Positions 23,241 to 35,977 are shown, counted from the first letter of the whole stretch. The stretch: 62,667 nt of DNA, filler included, from Globobulimina sp. (GCA_003354225.1; 33 parts of 33 records of this genome joined end to end with filler, not necessarily neighbours in it), one strand, 5' to 3'. Notes: generated by a model not told the origin, from the sequence alone. Program-made: numbers and translations.

Positions 23241-24281
23241 TCACAGTTTCTCATCTTCTTCTAGAATAGTTGATAAGTTTGTGTTCAGTGAAATAGGAGC
23301 AAAACGTTTCGATGTTATTGGCATCATTATATTTGTATGCTGTTTTCTTTTATACACATCTGTATGAATGACTGTTTTCTTTTGTATGCTGTTTGATATG
23401 TATGAATGACAGTGACCAAATGTAAATCTGTATATTTTATCACCAAATGGAAATAACATGTAAATAAATGATCCAGTTGTCAAATAAAATATAGGTATTG
23501 CTTTGATCAAATTAGCATCAATAAACATTGTTATTATTAACGACACGATAACACATAATATTAAAACCAATTGCTTGATATTTATATCAATTATTGATTC
23601 CAATTTTTTTGCATGGTAATTTACTGTTATATGATATATTAAGTCCGTTATCAGCTGATAAGATTTTCGTATAAATGTAGCAACAATTATAAAATTAGTC
23701 ACAATACTTAAACCAACTGCTGCTGTGGCTAAAGTAGTTTCGACAAAACTATTACCACAACAAACGTATAATATTGTGGATCCTTGTAAATATTTAGGTT
23801 TAAATGACGGTGATGATATAATAAATATGGTATCACATAGCAGGATTTCTGTTATAACAACAATTTGAGCAAGCTGAAAATTTCTGCTTGAACATTTTGT
23901 CATTGGTGATGCAAAGAATGCAGCTCTAATCGCTTCCAAACACAATGATTTGACGCATAAGCCAAAATTTGCCAACAAACATGATATTACTTTACCATAT
24001 ATCGAGCAATGGATATTTGATTTGGAATGAAAGCGGATAATGAGATTTGTGGAAAATAATAGTTCTCCAAATGCATGAAATACGATACATATCCATAATG
24101 CAGTGGCTATTTTTAGCATTGGAATGTCTCTTTTTGAAAAAGTTGTGTTTGCATTGAATAAAATGAACTTCAACATACGGAAAATGATATGCGAAAAAAT
24201 GAGTATTACCAAACCACATATTGATAAATATATTATCTGATATTCTATTGTATAATTAGTTGAAAGTGTTGGTCCTGTCAT
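23241..24281 (-). CDS. Putative 7TM receptor-like membrane protein
   Basis: 346 aa with about seven hydrophobic segments, N-terminal NYT glycosylation sequon, Cys before TM3 and in the putative ECL2. Confidence 0.65.
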   Translation of the reverse strand: MTGPTLSTNYTIEYQIIYLSICGLVILIFSHIIFRMLKFILFNANTTFSKRDIPMLKIATALWICIVFHAFGELLFSTNLIIRFHSKSNIHCSIYGKVISCLLANFGLCVKSLCLEAIRAAFFASPMTKCSSRNFQLAQIVVITEILLCDTIFIISSPSFKPKYLQGSTILYVCCGNSFVETTLATAAVGLSIVTNFIIVATFIRKSYQLITDLIYHITVNYHAKKLESIIDINIKQLVLILCVIVSLIITMFIDANLIKAIPIFYLTTGSFIYMLFPFGDKIYRFTFGHCHSYISNSIQKKTVIHTDVYKRKQHTNIMMPITSKRFAPISLNTNLSTILEEDEKL

Positions 24282-24739
24282 GGTCTCTGTTAATGTTGTT
24301 GGCTGTTTCTATAAATATCATAATTATATATATATATAATTATGAAATTATGATTTGGGAAATGGAAACTTATCGTTAAAATGTTTCAAAATAGAAAGTG
24401 AGTGTGTAGAGGCTTTCAGCAAGACCACTGAACATTACTTTGTTAGTCTAGTTACTAAAAAAAAACAATTAGACTATGGCCAACTAAGTTTTTTTTGAGA
24501 CCGTTACATTTAAAGTCTACTTATGTCACGAGGATTGCTTGCCAGCAGCGTGGATTAATAAATAGTCCTCACTCTATTGCCTCTACTGTCTCTCCATATG
24601 GTTTATAATTCATTTGAAAAATAAACCTACACATAAAAANNNNNNNNNNNNNNNNNNNNNNNNNNNNNNNNNNNNNNNNNNNNTTAATTAATTAANNNNN
24701 NNNNNNNNNNNNNNNNNNNNNNNNNNNNNNNNNNNNNNN

Positions 24740-26541
24740 TTATTTCGGTTATATGTCATATTATTTTGTGCTGTATAATAATGCTTTAGATTGCCGTTAA
24801 TGGTCTCAATAATATTAATATAATCAGGTTCCATCTCTTTATCGCAATCACATTTTACTTCTTTGTCGCAATCATGTTTCCTCTCCATGCTTTCAACATA
24901 TTTTACTTCTTTATTGCAATCACGATAATATTTGATATTTGGCATAATTAATTGAATATTTTGCATATTGATTTGTTTTCCATTCCGCGTATCTTTCATG
25001 AAAAACTGCTTTAACTCCGTGGACATAAACGGTAATTCGGCCGGAAACGATTCAAAGGATAAAAATTCCCTTTCTTGACACCAGAATAATAATAAATTGA
25101 CGATGTATGAAATGCCATTTTGTTCAGTACTCAATGTTTGCATTGGGAAATATTTTGAAATCAGTTGAAATTGCAATGATTCAATCTCTTTATCAGAGAA
25201 TTTAATATTTGATCGCTGTATCTTTCGAATGTCCGCACATATTTTCAATAAAAGTGATAAAGTTTTCTGAATATCGGAGGTTTCCCCTTTTGATATGTCA
25301 TTATAAATATGCTTCACATTATAAAATTGCTGATTGAATATAGTTTGTAATGTGATTTTTTCCAAATATAACAAAGGTGCTACGAACTTCTTCAATTCTA
25401 TTTTGTTGGATGCAACTATAATATTTCCAATCTGCATCGCACAGCCTTTCCCAAAAAATAATCTATACAAATATTAAAAATTAACACCTACAAAAAAAAA
25501 CTAAAACATACACACCGTTTTTCAACATCATAGTCTTGTGACATTAATGACAAATCAATAAATTTTGTCATATTTAACTGCGCTCTGTATTTTGGAATAA
25601 GCTCCAAAATAACACCATTGTCTCCGGAGAAATGCTGCGCCAAATCCATGGATTGTGTGGTTGCGCTGTCATATATTTTATGCTGTTTTTATATCAAATT
25701 AAATTACAAAACATACCGTGGAGAATTGATAGATGGCGCAAATAAATTGAATTTAAATTCAACCGTTGATCCTTGTAATTGATGGGTATCATTTAATTCC
25801 TTCTCAGTCAACATCTGGCCATAATATTGTATAAACTCATAAAGTTTCCTCCCAAACCAATAGAAATTATTGCAATGATTTTGTATCACGATGTTTGAGT
25901 CAGTGTTATTTAACGATAAACACGATTTAGTAAAGGCGCGCGAATAATTCGTCTCCTCTGTGTGTATAATAATAGCTATAATCTGCGCAATTGACACTGG
26001 CGAATATTTTTCAATGCCAAAATTGTAATCTTCTGCTGACGACACCATAATTAATGAATTCTCGAAGTGGATTTCTTTTGCTTTATCCAAATATTCATTG
26101 AACTTTTCATTTGAAATATTCACAATGTCATTACACATTACTTCCTCTGCCAAGGACTCAAAGCGAGGCAATAACACATCATAACGCATGAAAATGCCAA
26201 CATCATACAACACATAATCTGCTTTCACAGCATTACTGTTTGCATCCTCTTCAGGATTCCATTTCAAATCATCGTCAAACTCGAGCTCAGGATTGGTACG
26301 GTTTTTCCTATGCGCATGAATGGTTTTGATTTCTATTTTGGTATTTTCGACATGGGTTAGCTGCGCTGCGTGGTATTTATCTTTAAAATTCTCATAAACA
26401 TACGCTTCCAATGCAATATTTGCTTCTTGTATAAATGTATCAAAGTCTGGCACAATGTGATGCGTATAATTATAATATGACAATATAGTTTTAATACGCA
26501 ATGCAAATTTTTGATCATATTTAATGTCACATCTCTTAAAA
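24740..26541 (-). CDS. Large protein fragment with degenerate ADP-ribosyltransferase-like domain; introns 25666..25716 and 25463..25515
   Basis: Splicing gives ...INSPRATTQSMDLAQHFSGDNGVILEL...KFIDLSLMSQDYDVEKRLFFG, following the ART pattern STS...A..F...G.il.i...id.s..S.f..E.E.L. Confidence 0.55.
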
Positions 26542-26641
26542 NNNNNNNNNNNNNNNNNNNNNNNNNNNNNNNNNNNNNNNNNNNNTTAATTAATTAANNN
26601 NNNNNNNNNNNNNNNNNNNNNNNNNNNNNNNNNNNNNNNNN

Positions 26642-27306
26642 AACGTGCATTGTTTCAACAGCAAGCAAGAACCAATGTGAATCAAAATTATTGTGTATCT
26701 ACAGGACTTTTAGGAAATAATTCAGGTTACTTTGCATTTTCCAGCAGAAGTTTTTCAAAGCTTTAAAATGTACTTAAAATCAACTCATGTCAGCTTGACA
26801 CATTTGTTCTGCTGGAAACTTGCAAATTTGTGTTAGGTTACCAAAGGAACCAAAATCCCAATTTCCAGTCTCAAAATGCTATATATGATAAGGTAATGAA
26901 TCCATTTTAAAATATATGAATATCAATGTAATGTGATTGACAAAAGAAAAAAATGGGTAAATTGGAAGAAGATGAAGAGATGGATAATGAACATGAATTA
27001 TTTGTGCCTCCAGCACCGCAAAGTAAGCAAGAAATTAAGAAATATGTAAACTGGCAGGCGAAAAGAAAAGGTATTTCAGAGCAGAAAATGATTGATGCGC
27101 AAATTTATAAAAGACAGCAAATGACAGCGATGGTAACAGAACAAGAGAAAAAAAATAAGTTCACAAGTATTGCAATGGGAAAAACGGGTTCTTTCAAAGA
27201 GCCGTTGTTATCCGATAAAGGACATAAAGGGAGCGATATTGATTATGAATGTTTAGATAAACGAAATGGAAACGGAGGGTTCGAATGTTGTTGTATTGTG
27301 ATGTAG
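26642..27306 (+). CDS. 3' part of protein ending in a CaaX box (CCCIVM); introns 26726..26836 and about 26893..26946
   Basis: Three exons splice in frame (NNSG|YQR...YDK|KKMGK); C-terminal CIVM with adjacent Cys suggests prenylation plus palmitoylation. Confidence 0.7.
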
Positions 27307-27544
27307 TTTGTTTTAATTTAATTATTGTTTTAAATTTCTCCAATTAGTGCAATATATAGTGTCATATTTATTGATTTGTTTAAATGTCATTATTGAACAA
27401 AAAAGCAGTGAGAATATAGTAGCAATTATTCATTTATCGAACAAAAACAAAACAAAAAAATTGCTCTCAAATAAATTTTAACAATGATTGTGATTTGTGA
27501 CAACATAAAAAACACAATGCAAGCACGTACATATTGATATATTA

Positions 27545-28443
27545 TTATTTCTGATGTATTACCATAGCATTTAACATAATGACCCCGCTTATTTTGCCTT
27601 TATCATTCTTAATTTCCACCGTATCTTTTTGCATTGAATTAAATTTTATAGGCAATGCATATTCCACACTCCCAATTTTCTTATCTTTTAAAATTGCAGA
27701 TTTATCATACACTGTCACAATGGCACTTTTCCCATGATCACATCTGAAATTCTTGAAACTTATAACTTGCATCCATTCGGGATGATGGTTGGATTTTTTT
27801 AACTCCTTTGTCGTCAAAAACGCATTGCCCACTTTAATAGAAACGTACTTTGCTGCATGTTTCAACTGCATACAGCCAACGACTTTAATTTGTAACAAGC
27901 CCCGTTCATTGACATTATTCACCTGTTTATAGCCCTTCCCGTCCAATTTAGATCTACCAAATACAAAACAAACCACAATAACGTACAAACATAAAATTAT
28001 AAACCATACCGAAATGTAACAGTGGTCGGCGGCATGGCTGCATTTTGTATAAACACTTGGCGTATATCCTCATAGGCGAAGCCCATTACATTTTTGCCAT
28101 TAATACCGGCCACAATGGAGCCAGGATCCACGTTTTTCATCGCAAAGGGCGACACACACTGCTTCACCATACAATTTATTTGGTCCTTCACTGCGCATAA
28201 TACCAATCCCAATGAGGTGGTGGTAAATATCACATCATATTCATAATGGTCGATACTGGGCGACATATTCCGCTGTTTTATGGGTTGTACGTATATGGGT
28301 TGCGTGGGCGGTGCCGGCTGTATGGGCTGCGGTGGCTGCACTGCCTCAATTACATCGACTTCGTCATATTCATCGTAAGACGGCATTGGAGAGACCTCTT
28401 CCAACAAAACGGGGGAAAAGGCAGCCGGTGGAGACGCGGATGG
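27545..28443 (-). CDS. Pro-rich, PDZ-like and C2-domain protein, 5'-partial; intron 27954..28009
   Basis: YDVIF...SLGLVL...VDPGSIVAGINGKNV...VTFR (PDZ); GLLQIKVVGCMQL...YVSIKVG...HPEW...VTVYDK...KIG (C2). Confidence 0.8.
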
Positions 28444-29205
28444 NNNNNNNNNNNNNNNNNNNNNNNNNNNNNNNNNNNNNNNNNNNNTTAATTAATTAAN
28501 NNNNNNNNNNNNNNNNNNNNNNNNNNNNNNNNNNNNNNNNNNNTCACTCAGTCAAGTTTACTGATTTTGGAACAAAAGGTAGTGATTTGAATGGTATTTA
28601 TTATTTGAGGACGTTTGCAGATGCGGAAAAGTTATCAATTGCAATCAAAACCCCCTTGGAAAACAACAATGACTTTTTACCGATATTTTACAGCCGAATA
28701 TTTTATGGAACTCAACGGGTAAATGAGCATGTTGAGGTGGTTGTGGTTGGAGATTTTAATAAAAATGAAAGTTATATTCAAGGTGTGTTTATTGAGAGTG
28801 GTTCAGATTCGGATAAGATATTAATTTTTTTTGGAAGACGGGGGAAACGTTGAGAAGTATCTTAATTTAAAGCGTCACCAGAAACAAAAAGTGGTGACAA
28901 TAAATAAATAACCAGCCGGTAAAGTTTGTGCACAAATGCACAGAACCCAGACAAAAAAGAAAATAATAAGAATATAAAAGAAAAAATGTAAAAAGAATAA
29001 TACACACTAAGAATAAATTGCGAAGTTTGCCTCCAACAATCAAAGAAAAAAGAGAAAAGAAAATAATGTATTAATGGTAAATAAATAAAATAAATAAAAA
29101 GACTTGTTTTTTATACTGATCGTGGGATGCTTGATTAGAGTTAGTGTGTAAGGATGAATGGTAATAAAAAGAAAGATTGGTGAGTAATAAGGATATATTC
29201 AGGCT

Positions 29206-30097
29206 TCACCAAGTATGAAAATTATAAGACCAAGCATTTGCGAAACGCTTCGTATTGGCAATATAATCCGATAATATATTAAGACATGAGATTCTGATAT
29301 CTCTGTATAGTTTCCATTCCGTTTTGTTTTGTTGAATGGTTCTATCAGTTAATTGGTCCTGCAATGGGAATAGTAATATTTTAAGTATCATTTCATTATT
29401 TGTTGGCCATTCAAATGAGGGAATTGCATCCATGATTTCAATTTCATAGTCGTTCAATAGATGTGTTCTCATATCATGATATTTCGGACATTGTAATAAA
29501 TAATGTTCAACCGTTTCAAGTTTCTGGCAATGTTCTTGTATGCAATGTTTGCTTTGTTTCCATTTTGATTGGGCGTTTAATATTCCATGGCCTATCAGGA
29601 GTGTTGAAATGTTTTTCCATTTGATAAATTCTAGATTTTGTTAATTCGGTTTTAAATATTTGATTGTATGATATTTTCCATTTGGCGTAAAGTCCGGATA
29701 AGTTGTTGTAATTATTACGTTTGTTTGATTTGAATTTTGTTTTTAATTTATTCAATGTGTTGTGCCATGCGATTCGTTTATGTTCCTTTTTTATTGCTGC
29801 TAAGTCGTAATTTACCCATTCATCAATCGATGGGTTTAGTGTGTATTCAGGCCATTTTCTTGATTGATATAGATTAAGCATGGCCAATTTAGCCAAAATA
29901 TCAGCCAATTCATTTCCTGGTTCACCTGTATGGGAATTTTTCCATACAAGATGTACTTTAATTTCATAATCGTTTAAAGCATCAATTTGTTTATGTATTT
30001 TTTGTATTTTATCATAGATTATTGTTGATTTTATTTGATTCTCACCGGATATCCATTTAATAACTCCGATATTATCAATAATTAGCATAATGTGCAC
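29206..30097 (-). pseudogene. Non-LTR retrotransposon 3' end: RNase H plus CCHC zinc knuckle, frameshifted near 29638
   Basis: IIDN...VHLVWKNSHTGEPGNELADILAK (RNase H); after a frameshift in an A-run, LLIGHGIL...CIQEHCQKLETVEHYLLQCPKY. Confidence 0.85.
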
Positions 30098-30445
30098 ATG
30101 GAACTTGTTTGAGATTTTGTCAGTATAGATGACTAATCGCCAAAATCAAAATGCTTGTAACTTCCGCAATACTGATGCTATCCAAATTCTTTCGGGTGCA
30201 AAATGTATAGAATTGAATTCTGCATCTTGTCGATGCGTTTTAAAAAAAATCGACATTTGGCATTTCCAACCTCCAGTTACCTCCAGTTTTTTTCGAAAAT
30301 TTAAATGCATGCATATATAGTTAAATGCTACCATAAAAAAATATTNNNNNNNNNNNNNNNNNNNNNNNNNNNNNNNNNNNNNNNNNNNNTTAATTAATTA
30401 ANNNNNNNNNNNNNNNNNNNNNNNNNNNNNNNNNNNNNNNNNNNN

Positions 30446-30856
30446 CGAGAAACCAAGAAACGATTAAAATATTGTCAGACGCAAAAAGATGAAGAACGAT
30501 TATTACGAAACGAATTAAGTAAATTACGTAAAAAACAAAGAATGGGACAAATGGAACGGGATAGAAAGAAGGAAGATTATCATAGACAACAATTAGAGAA
30601 AAAGTTAGCGGAAAGAGATGAAAAGCTGAGACTTCGAGAGTTGACGCGAAATAAAGTTATTGCAAAACAACGACAATTTAATGATAAAGTTCGTTTATTA
30701 AGAGCTGAACTTTCGTATCAATTTATCAATTTAAATGAAGATGAGCTTACATCTCCGGTGGCGATTAATAAATTTTCAAGTGCATTAAGTAATGTTCACA
30801 GCAAATCGCAACCAATTTTATTAAATGACAGATTTGAAAATGCAAAAAATATATAA
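30446..30856 (+). CDS. 3' end of coiled-coil protein
   Basis: Charged heptad-like sequence open from contig start. Confidence 0.55.
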   Translation, partial: RETKKRLKYCQTQKDEERLLRNELSKLRKKQRMGQMERDRKKEDYHRQQLEKKLAERDEKLRLRELTRNKVIAKQRQFNDKVRLLRAELSYQFINLNEDELTSPVAINKFSSALSNVHSKSQPILLNDRFENAKNI

Positions 30857-30905
30857 ATTTACGATTTAATGCATGTGTATTACTGTTTTTATATTACATT
30901 TATAT

Positions 30906-32209
30906 TCAAAACAAATATGGTGTTTGCATATCTCCCTCGAATTGTGGTTGTTTGTCCATAGTAATCATATTCCACAATAAATCGCAATCATTGTTCTTTT
31001 GAATTTGATATTTATATTTTAAATCGCATTTGCTTTTAATTTGAGCGCATAATATTTCAAACGTAACAATCCCATATTTGGCTAATTGTTTATGTGCAGC
31101 TGATGATATTCCATATTCATTTTAAATTCATTCATTTTTCCAATCATAACTTGACATTTTACTAAAAATTTTCTCCGTGGAATTGCTTTTGTAATAATAT
31201 CTTTCAATAATTCATCATTGAAAATCGAAATGGAGTCCATATCGCAACAGTCATTCTCTTCAAATATCTTCAAATATTGTTCCATATTCATTTCTTCTAA
31301 AAAAATTTTAAATTGCTCTTTGACGCTATCTTTGGATGCTGATATTTGCGGTTTCTCTTCTTTAACATCCTCCAAACCATTGATAAAATCATCAAATAAA
31401 TCATTTTTATTTTGTTTTTCTTCATTTGCAATAATTGGTTTATTCCTTGTATTATTCCTAGTATTTGAGCCTGGAGATTCTATAAATTTATTGTTATTTT
31501 TCTGTACATAACTTGGTGTTTGTTGAATATTTACATTTGATTGATGGTATGGAGTGTACTTTTGATTTGTTTGCTGATATTGACTATTTGCAATGCGTTG
31601 GATCGAACGGGCTTTGCCGGTCCTATTATTTGACTGTATCATATATTCCAAATTAATGCGGTATTTGTTACCATTTATTGTTGCATCAAATTTTTGTATT
31701 TTGCTTAAATAATGCTGTTCAATGTATAAACATGTATTTGTATCATAATCACGCCAATAACTTCCTGATGTATTTGAATACTGCCATTTATGCTGATGTT
31801 GTTCATATTGATTGTAATTACCAGTTTGATAATTTTTCTTTGGTTTCCCTTGTTATGTAATTATATAATTTTAATTTTTCAAATATCATAATTATATTTG
31901 CACATAACTTTGTTTTGGACAATGTGGACATTTATTACCTTTGGATCTTAACCAATACTGACCACAAAATGTACATCGTTTATAACATTTTGGACATTCT
32001 TTTGTTGCCGATGCTTTTAACCAATAAGCACCACAATCACAACTAATACATTTATTACATGTTTTATAACCTGTGGATTGCAGCCATCTGTGACCACATG
32101 TTTCACAATAATATTGACTACATCTTGGACAATCTTTTTTGGTGAAAGATCGAAACACATGACCACAACATACTGTTGATGTATGGTTGAAACCAGAAAA
32201 AAGAACCAT
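30906..32209 (-). CDS. CxxC zinc-ribbon repeats, WWE domain and SAM-like domain(s); intron 31849..31908; apparent 1-nt frameshift near 31122
   Basis: Repeated CxxCG..W......CxxC; KWQYSNTSGSYWRDYD...IEQHY...GNKYRINLEYMIQSNNRTGKARSIQR (WWE, about 31590-31790); FLEEMNMEQYLKIFEEND (SAM). Confidence 0.8.
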
Positions 32210-32388
32210 GATGATCGGACTAGTGCTTTGAGAACTTGATGTTTTGANNNNNNNNNNNNNNNNNNNNNNNNNNNNNNNNNNNNNNNNNNNNTTAATTAAT
32301 TAANNNNNNNNNNNNNNNNNNNNNNNNNNNNNNNNNNNNNNNNNNNNCAACATTTCCACCGTCTATTCAACAGATTATTATTTATTTT

Positions 32389-32901
32389 GTGCTTCATTTT
32401 CAATTTCAAATAAATAATCCAACCATTAAAACGCATGCTGATTTCTTTGGGAATAAATTCTCCGCACATTCAACGTCTCTGTTTGGCACTATATTGTTTG
32501 GAAAAGCATTCCCATCATCAACAACTGCACTATTTACATATGAATGTCATGTGAAAATAGATCGGCGAGGACACGGCATTGGAATCGGTATTGTTCCTCA
32601 GGATTTCAATACATTTTTATATGAACATGAATATTTCCCACACTCTCAACCAAACACAGCAATTCTTTTTGAAAATGGTGACTATTATGGATGGAATGGA
32701 AAAAAAAATGTTGTTGGATTTAAAATGCATTCAAGCGATACAATAATAATTGAAATGAATATGAAACAAAAAACTATGAAATTAGAAACAAAAAACAATG
32801 GCACATGGTTTGTGATGAATAATTTACCAAACGATTCAAGATTAGCATTTGTTTTGGATGGGTCGCATATAACAATTTTTAAACAACTATGGAAGATTTG
32901 A
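32389..32901 (+). CDS. SPRY/B30.2-like beta-sandwich protein, probably 5'-partial
   Basis: YECHVKID...IGIGIV...DTIIIEMNMKQKTM...NLP...RLAFVL pattern. Confidence 0.55.
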   Translation: MLHFQFQINNPTIKTHADFFGNKFSAHSTSLFGTILFGKAFPSSTTALFTYECHVKIDRRGHGIGIGIVPQDFNTFLYEHEYFPHSQPNTAILFENGDYYGWNGKKNVVGFKMHSSDTIIIEMNMKQKTMKLETKNNGTWFVMNNLPNDSRLAFVLDGSHITIFKQLWKI

Positions 32902-33094
32902 GTCCATGCACAAGTTCATAAGTTCCATTGAAAGTGATTTGAAACACTATTATATTCCCATCACACAATTCAATTTCAATCCATTATAGCCTGTTGATCG
33001 TCATCTGTGGCATCTGGATCTCTGTGACTGTGATACTGACACTGTACTGACTGTAGAAAAAAGTAATGTCAAGTTTTGAACTATTAAATCGACA

Positions 33095-34149
33095 ATGACT
33101 GATCTTGAAAAACAATCCTCTGACACTTTGAACCTCTCAGTTGGTGATTTGGTCGTGGTAACCATCCACACACACAAGCAAGAAACTGGAATTGTTTCAC
33201 ACATAACAAAGGCTAATTCAATATTCATACGAACAGAAACGAGACGTCTGCGAGTCGTAGCTCAAGATATTCGTAAATGCATCCAAATTAAAACAAAAGC
33301 CAGTAAAACGACTTTATCCTCAAAAGAAATACAATATTATATCAATCAACGCACAGAAAGCAATGGTTTAAACTACCACGGTATTGCTCGCAATTATGAA
33401 TCGGGATCAGACGGATTCCCAATTGATTTCCGGCAAGCAATGTCTTGGTATAAATCTGGGCATAAATTAGAAAATATTCACTGTATAGCTAATTTAGCGC
33501 GTATATCATCAGATTATTATCACAATTATGATGAAGCTGAAAAATATTGGAACATTGGAATTGATTTAGGATTTGGTCATTGTGCATTTGCAGCCAATGT
33601 AATGTTTCGTACAGTAAGAAATGGAAAAGACAAAGAATTATATTACATTGATAAATATGTGAAATTAACAAATGGTACTGGTGGTTTGTTATCCTTTGCA
33701 GTGTGTCAACTAACAATGGATGTTCCCGATTATAGCGAAGCATATAAATATTTAATAAAAGCATTGGAGTTAAATAATAATTCAATTGGCGTCCAACAAT
33801 TTTTAGCATTCACTGTTTATCGCGGTTTAGGCTGTCCCAAAGACGAAAAGAAAGCATTTGAAATGCATGCCAAATTAGCCAAAGATAAAAATTCTGAGTG
33901 TTCTATGTTATGGATGGCTGTTTATAAGGCAAGAAATGATAATAATTATAATAATATTCATCCGTTAAGGGAACAAATATATAATTCGTTTATAAATGTT
34001 GTTGAGAATGGCGATTCGCATGGATTATATTATGGGAATTGGATTAAAATTAATCAATATCATGCATTGCAAAAAAAAAATATTCTCAGTTGCTGTTTAA
34101 TTATTGCTTTGAAAATATTTGGTATTCTACAATGTGTTATAAACATAAA
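33095..34149 (+). CDS. Sel1-like repeat protein, 3'-partial
   Basis: IARNYESGSDGFPIDFRQAMSWYKSG, DYSEAYKYLIKA, LAFTVYRGLGCPKDEKKAFEM. Confidence 0.8.
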
Positions 34150-34249
34150 NNNNNNNNNNNNNNNNNNNNNNNNNNNNNNNNNNNNNNNNNNNNTTAATTA
34201 ATTAANNNNNNNNNNNNNNNNNNNNNNNNNNNNNNNNNNNNNNNNNNNN

Positions 34250-34424
34250 ATTATATTCGACAATAGTACCACAACCGGCTCAACATAATAATTATGCAAT
34301 TACTGATTCGGCGGACGAAGATGGAGCAATCAACGCGCCGTTACCTGTCCAATACCAACAACAACCATTCACAATGAGTTATCGTGACGTTGGTGCTCGC
34401 AATACGAATAAACAGGGCACAAAT
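34250..34424 (+). repeat. 175-bp direct repeat, copy 1 (truncated by contig start)
   Basis: Matches 35803..35977 with 2 mismatches. Confidence 0.95.
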
Positions 34425-35802
34425 GTCAGAAAAGTTTATCTTTTCCTAAAGGAATTTACTTAAGGATTTCTATAGGAAATATTGAAAATTTTTAAGAATT
34501 TTCAGGAAAACAAAAAATATTTTGATTTGTCAGCAAAAGAAAATTTGATAACTTTTCACAAAAACTTCTGAGTTACTCAATAACAAATAAGCCTCTTGTC
34601 TTCAGGCTTCTACGAATTTTGTACATGATTAAGTCAAATTGGGAGAAACGATTCAAAGTTTGACGTTTGATTCGTGATTATTATGCAATTAATATGACAA
34701 TTTACGTGATTTGAAGAATTTAGAGGGCAAAGATGGTCGGTATTTAGGTGGATTTTGGTTTAATAAAGTATTGCATCATTATCCTCGGCATTTTAACTGG
34801 ACTGTCGACGCGAATGGTGTTGATGAACAGGATTATTGGCCGAAAAATAATCCATTTGTGCAGGTGGGTATTCGCGACGGGTTGAAACATCCACAGAAGT
34901 GGGAAATTATTAATAATCAAGTTAAACGAGCAAAGAAAAAAGATTGGTCCTATGATTGTAGAGACCATATTCAGTTTAGACCGGTATATGCATCGAAACC
35001 TGTGCAGCCAGTACGACGCCATAATGTACAGCCAGTACGACGCCATAATGATAATTATTTGGCTGAAGAATATCGAATTGTACCATTACGACCAGCACGA
35101 AGTGTGCATTCTGTACCTTCTGCCCATTTCCCTCAACCTAAGCGTGGGAAACATGATGATGATATATCACTCTGTGATCGAATTTCTTTATTCAATTATA
35201 AACCTTGATGAGTATGAACGAAATGGAATTAGCAACTTGGCGAACAAAAGTTAGTCTGTTTAATGGATTGCCACATAAATTTGATAGCCCGTTTAGTATG
35301 AAAAGAACACATTTTGATGGCAGATTATTACGCAGCACAGTATGGTTCATCAGCAAGTGGAGGCAGGCATGTGATATTGTTACAGCGCAATTATTGAGGA
35401 AACCTGATTTGGAGGTGGACTCAATTATGGTATTGGTAATGGAAACTAAATTAATGATCAAAAAATGGCCGCATTGGAGCGAATTAAGATCCGCTATGCA
35501 GGATATGATAATAACGAGAGAAAGAAGTATGGAATGCAGTTGGTTGATGATTGGATACGGCGATGCCTCGAGGCACCAGAATCGGAAGAAAAGCAAGAAG
35601 AATTAGCAACGAATAAAGTCGAGACAAAGAATATGGACCTCCCACAACATAGTAAAGGTAAACATAAACATAGCGAGAAACATGAAGTTGATGACAGTGG
35701 TTCGCAGGTATCAGAGTTATCAAATAAATATACCGATGTTGTTGCTGTCAATCAGACACAACCTGCTTATGTTACCATACAAAAAGATAGTGTCAATGAA
35801 CA

Positions 35803-35977
35803 ATTATATTCGACAATAGTACCACAACCGGCTCAACATAATAATTATGCAATTACTGATTCGGCGGACGAAGATGGAGCAATCAACGCGCCATTACCTG
35901 TCCAATACCAACAACAACCATTCACAATGAGTTATCGTGACGTTGGTGCTCGCAATACGAATAAACGGGGCACAAAT
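35803..35977 (+). repeat. 175-bp direct repeat, copy 2, inside ORF 35465..35992
   Basis: Matches 34250..34424; period 1553 bp. Confidence 0.95.

Noticed and set aside
24318-24345. Perfect 28-bp palindrome upstream of the 7TM gene
   Set aside because: Built around a (TA)n microsatellite in AT-rich DNA; weak evidence for function.
24740-32209. ART-like and WWE genes as a linked ADP-ribosylation system
   Set aside because: They lie on different contigs placed near each other only by length sorting.
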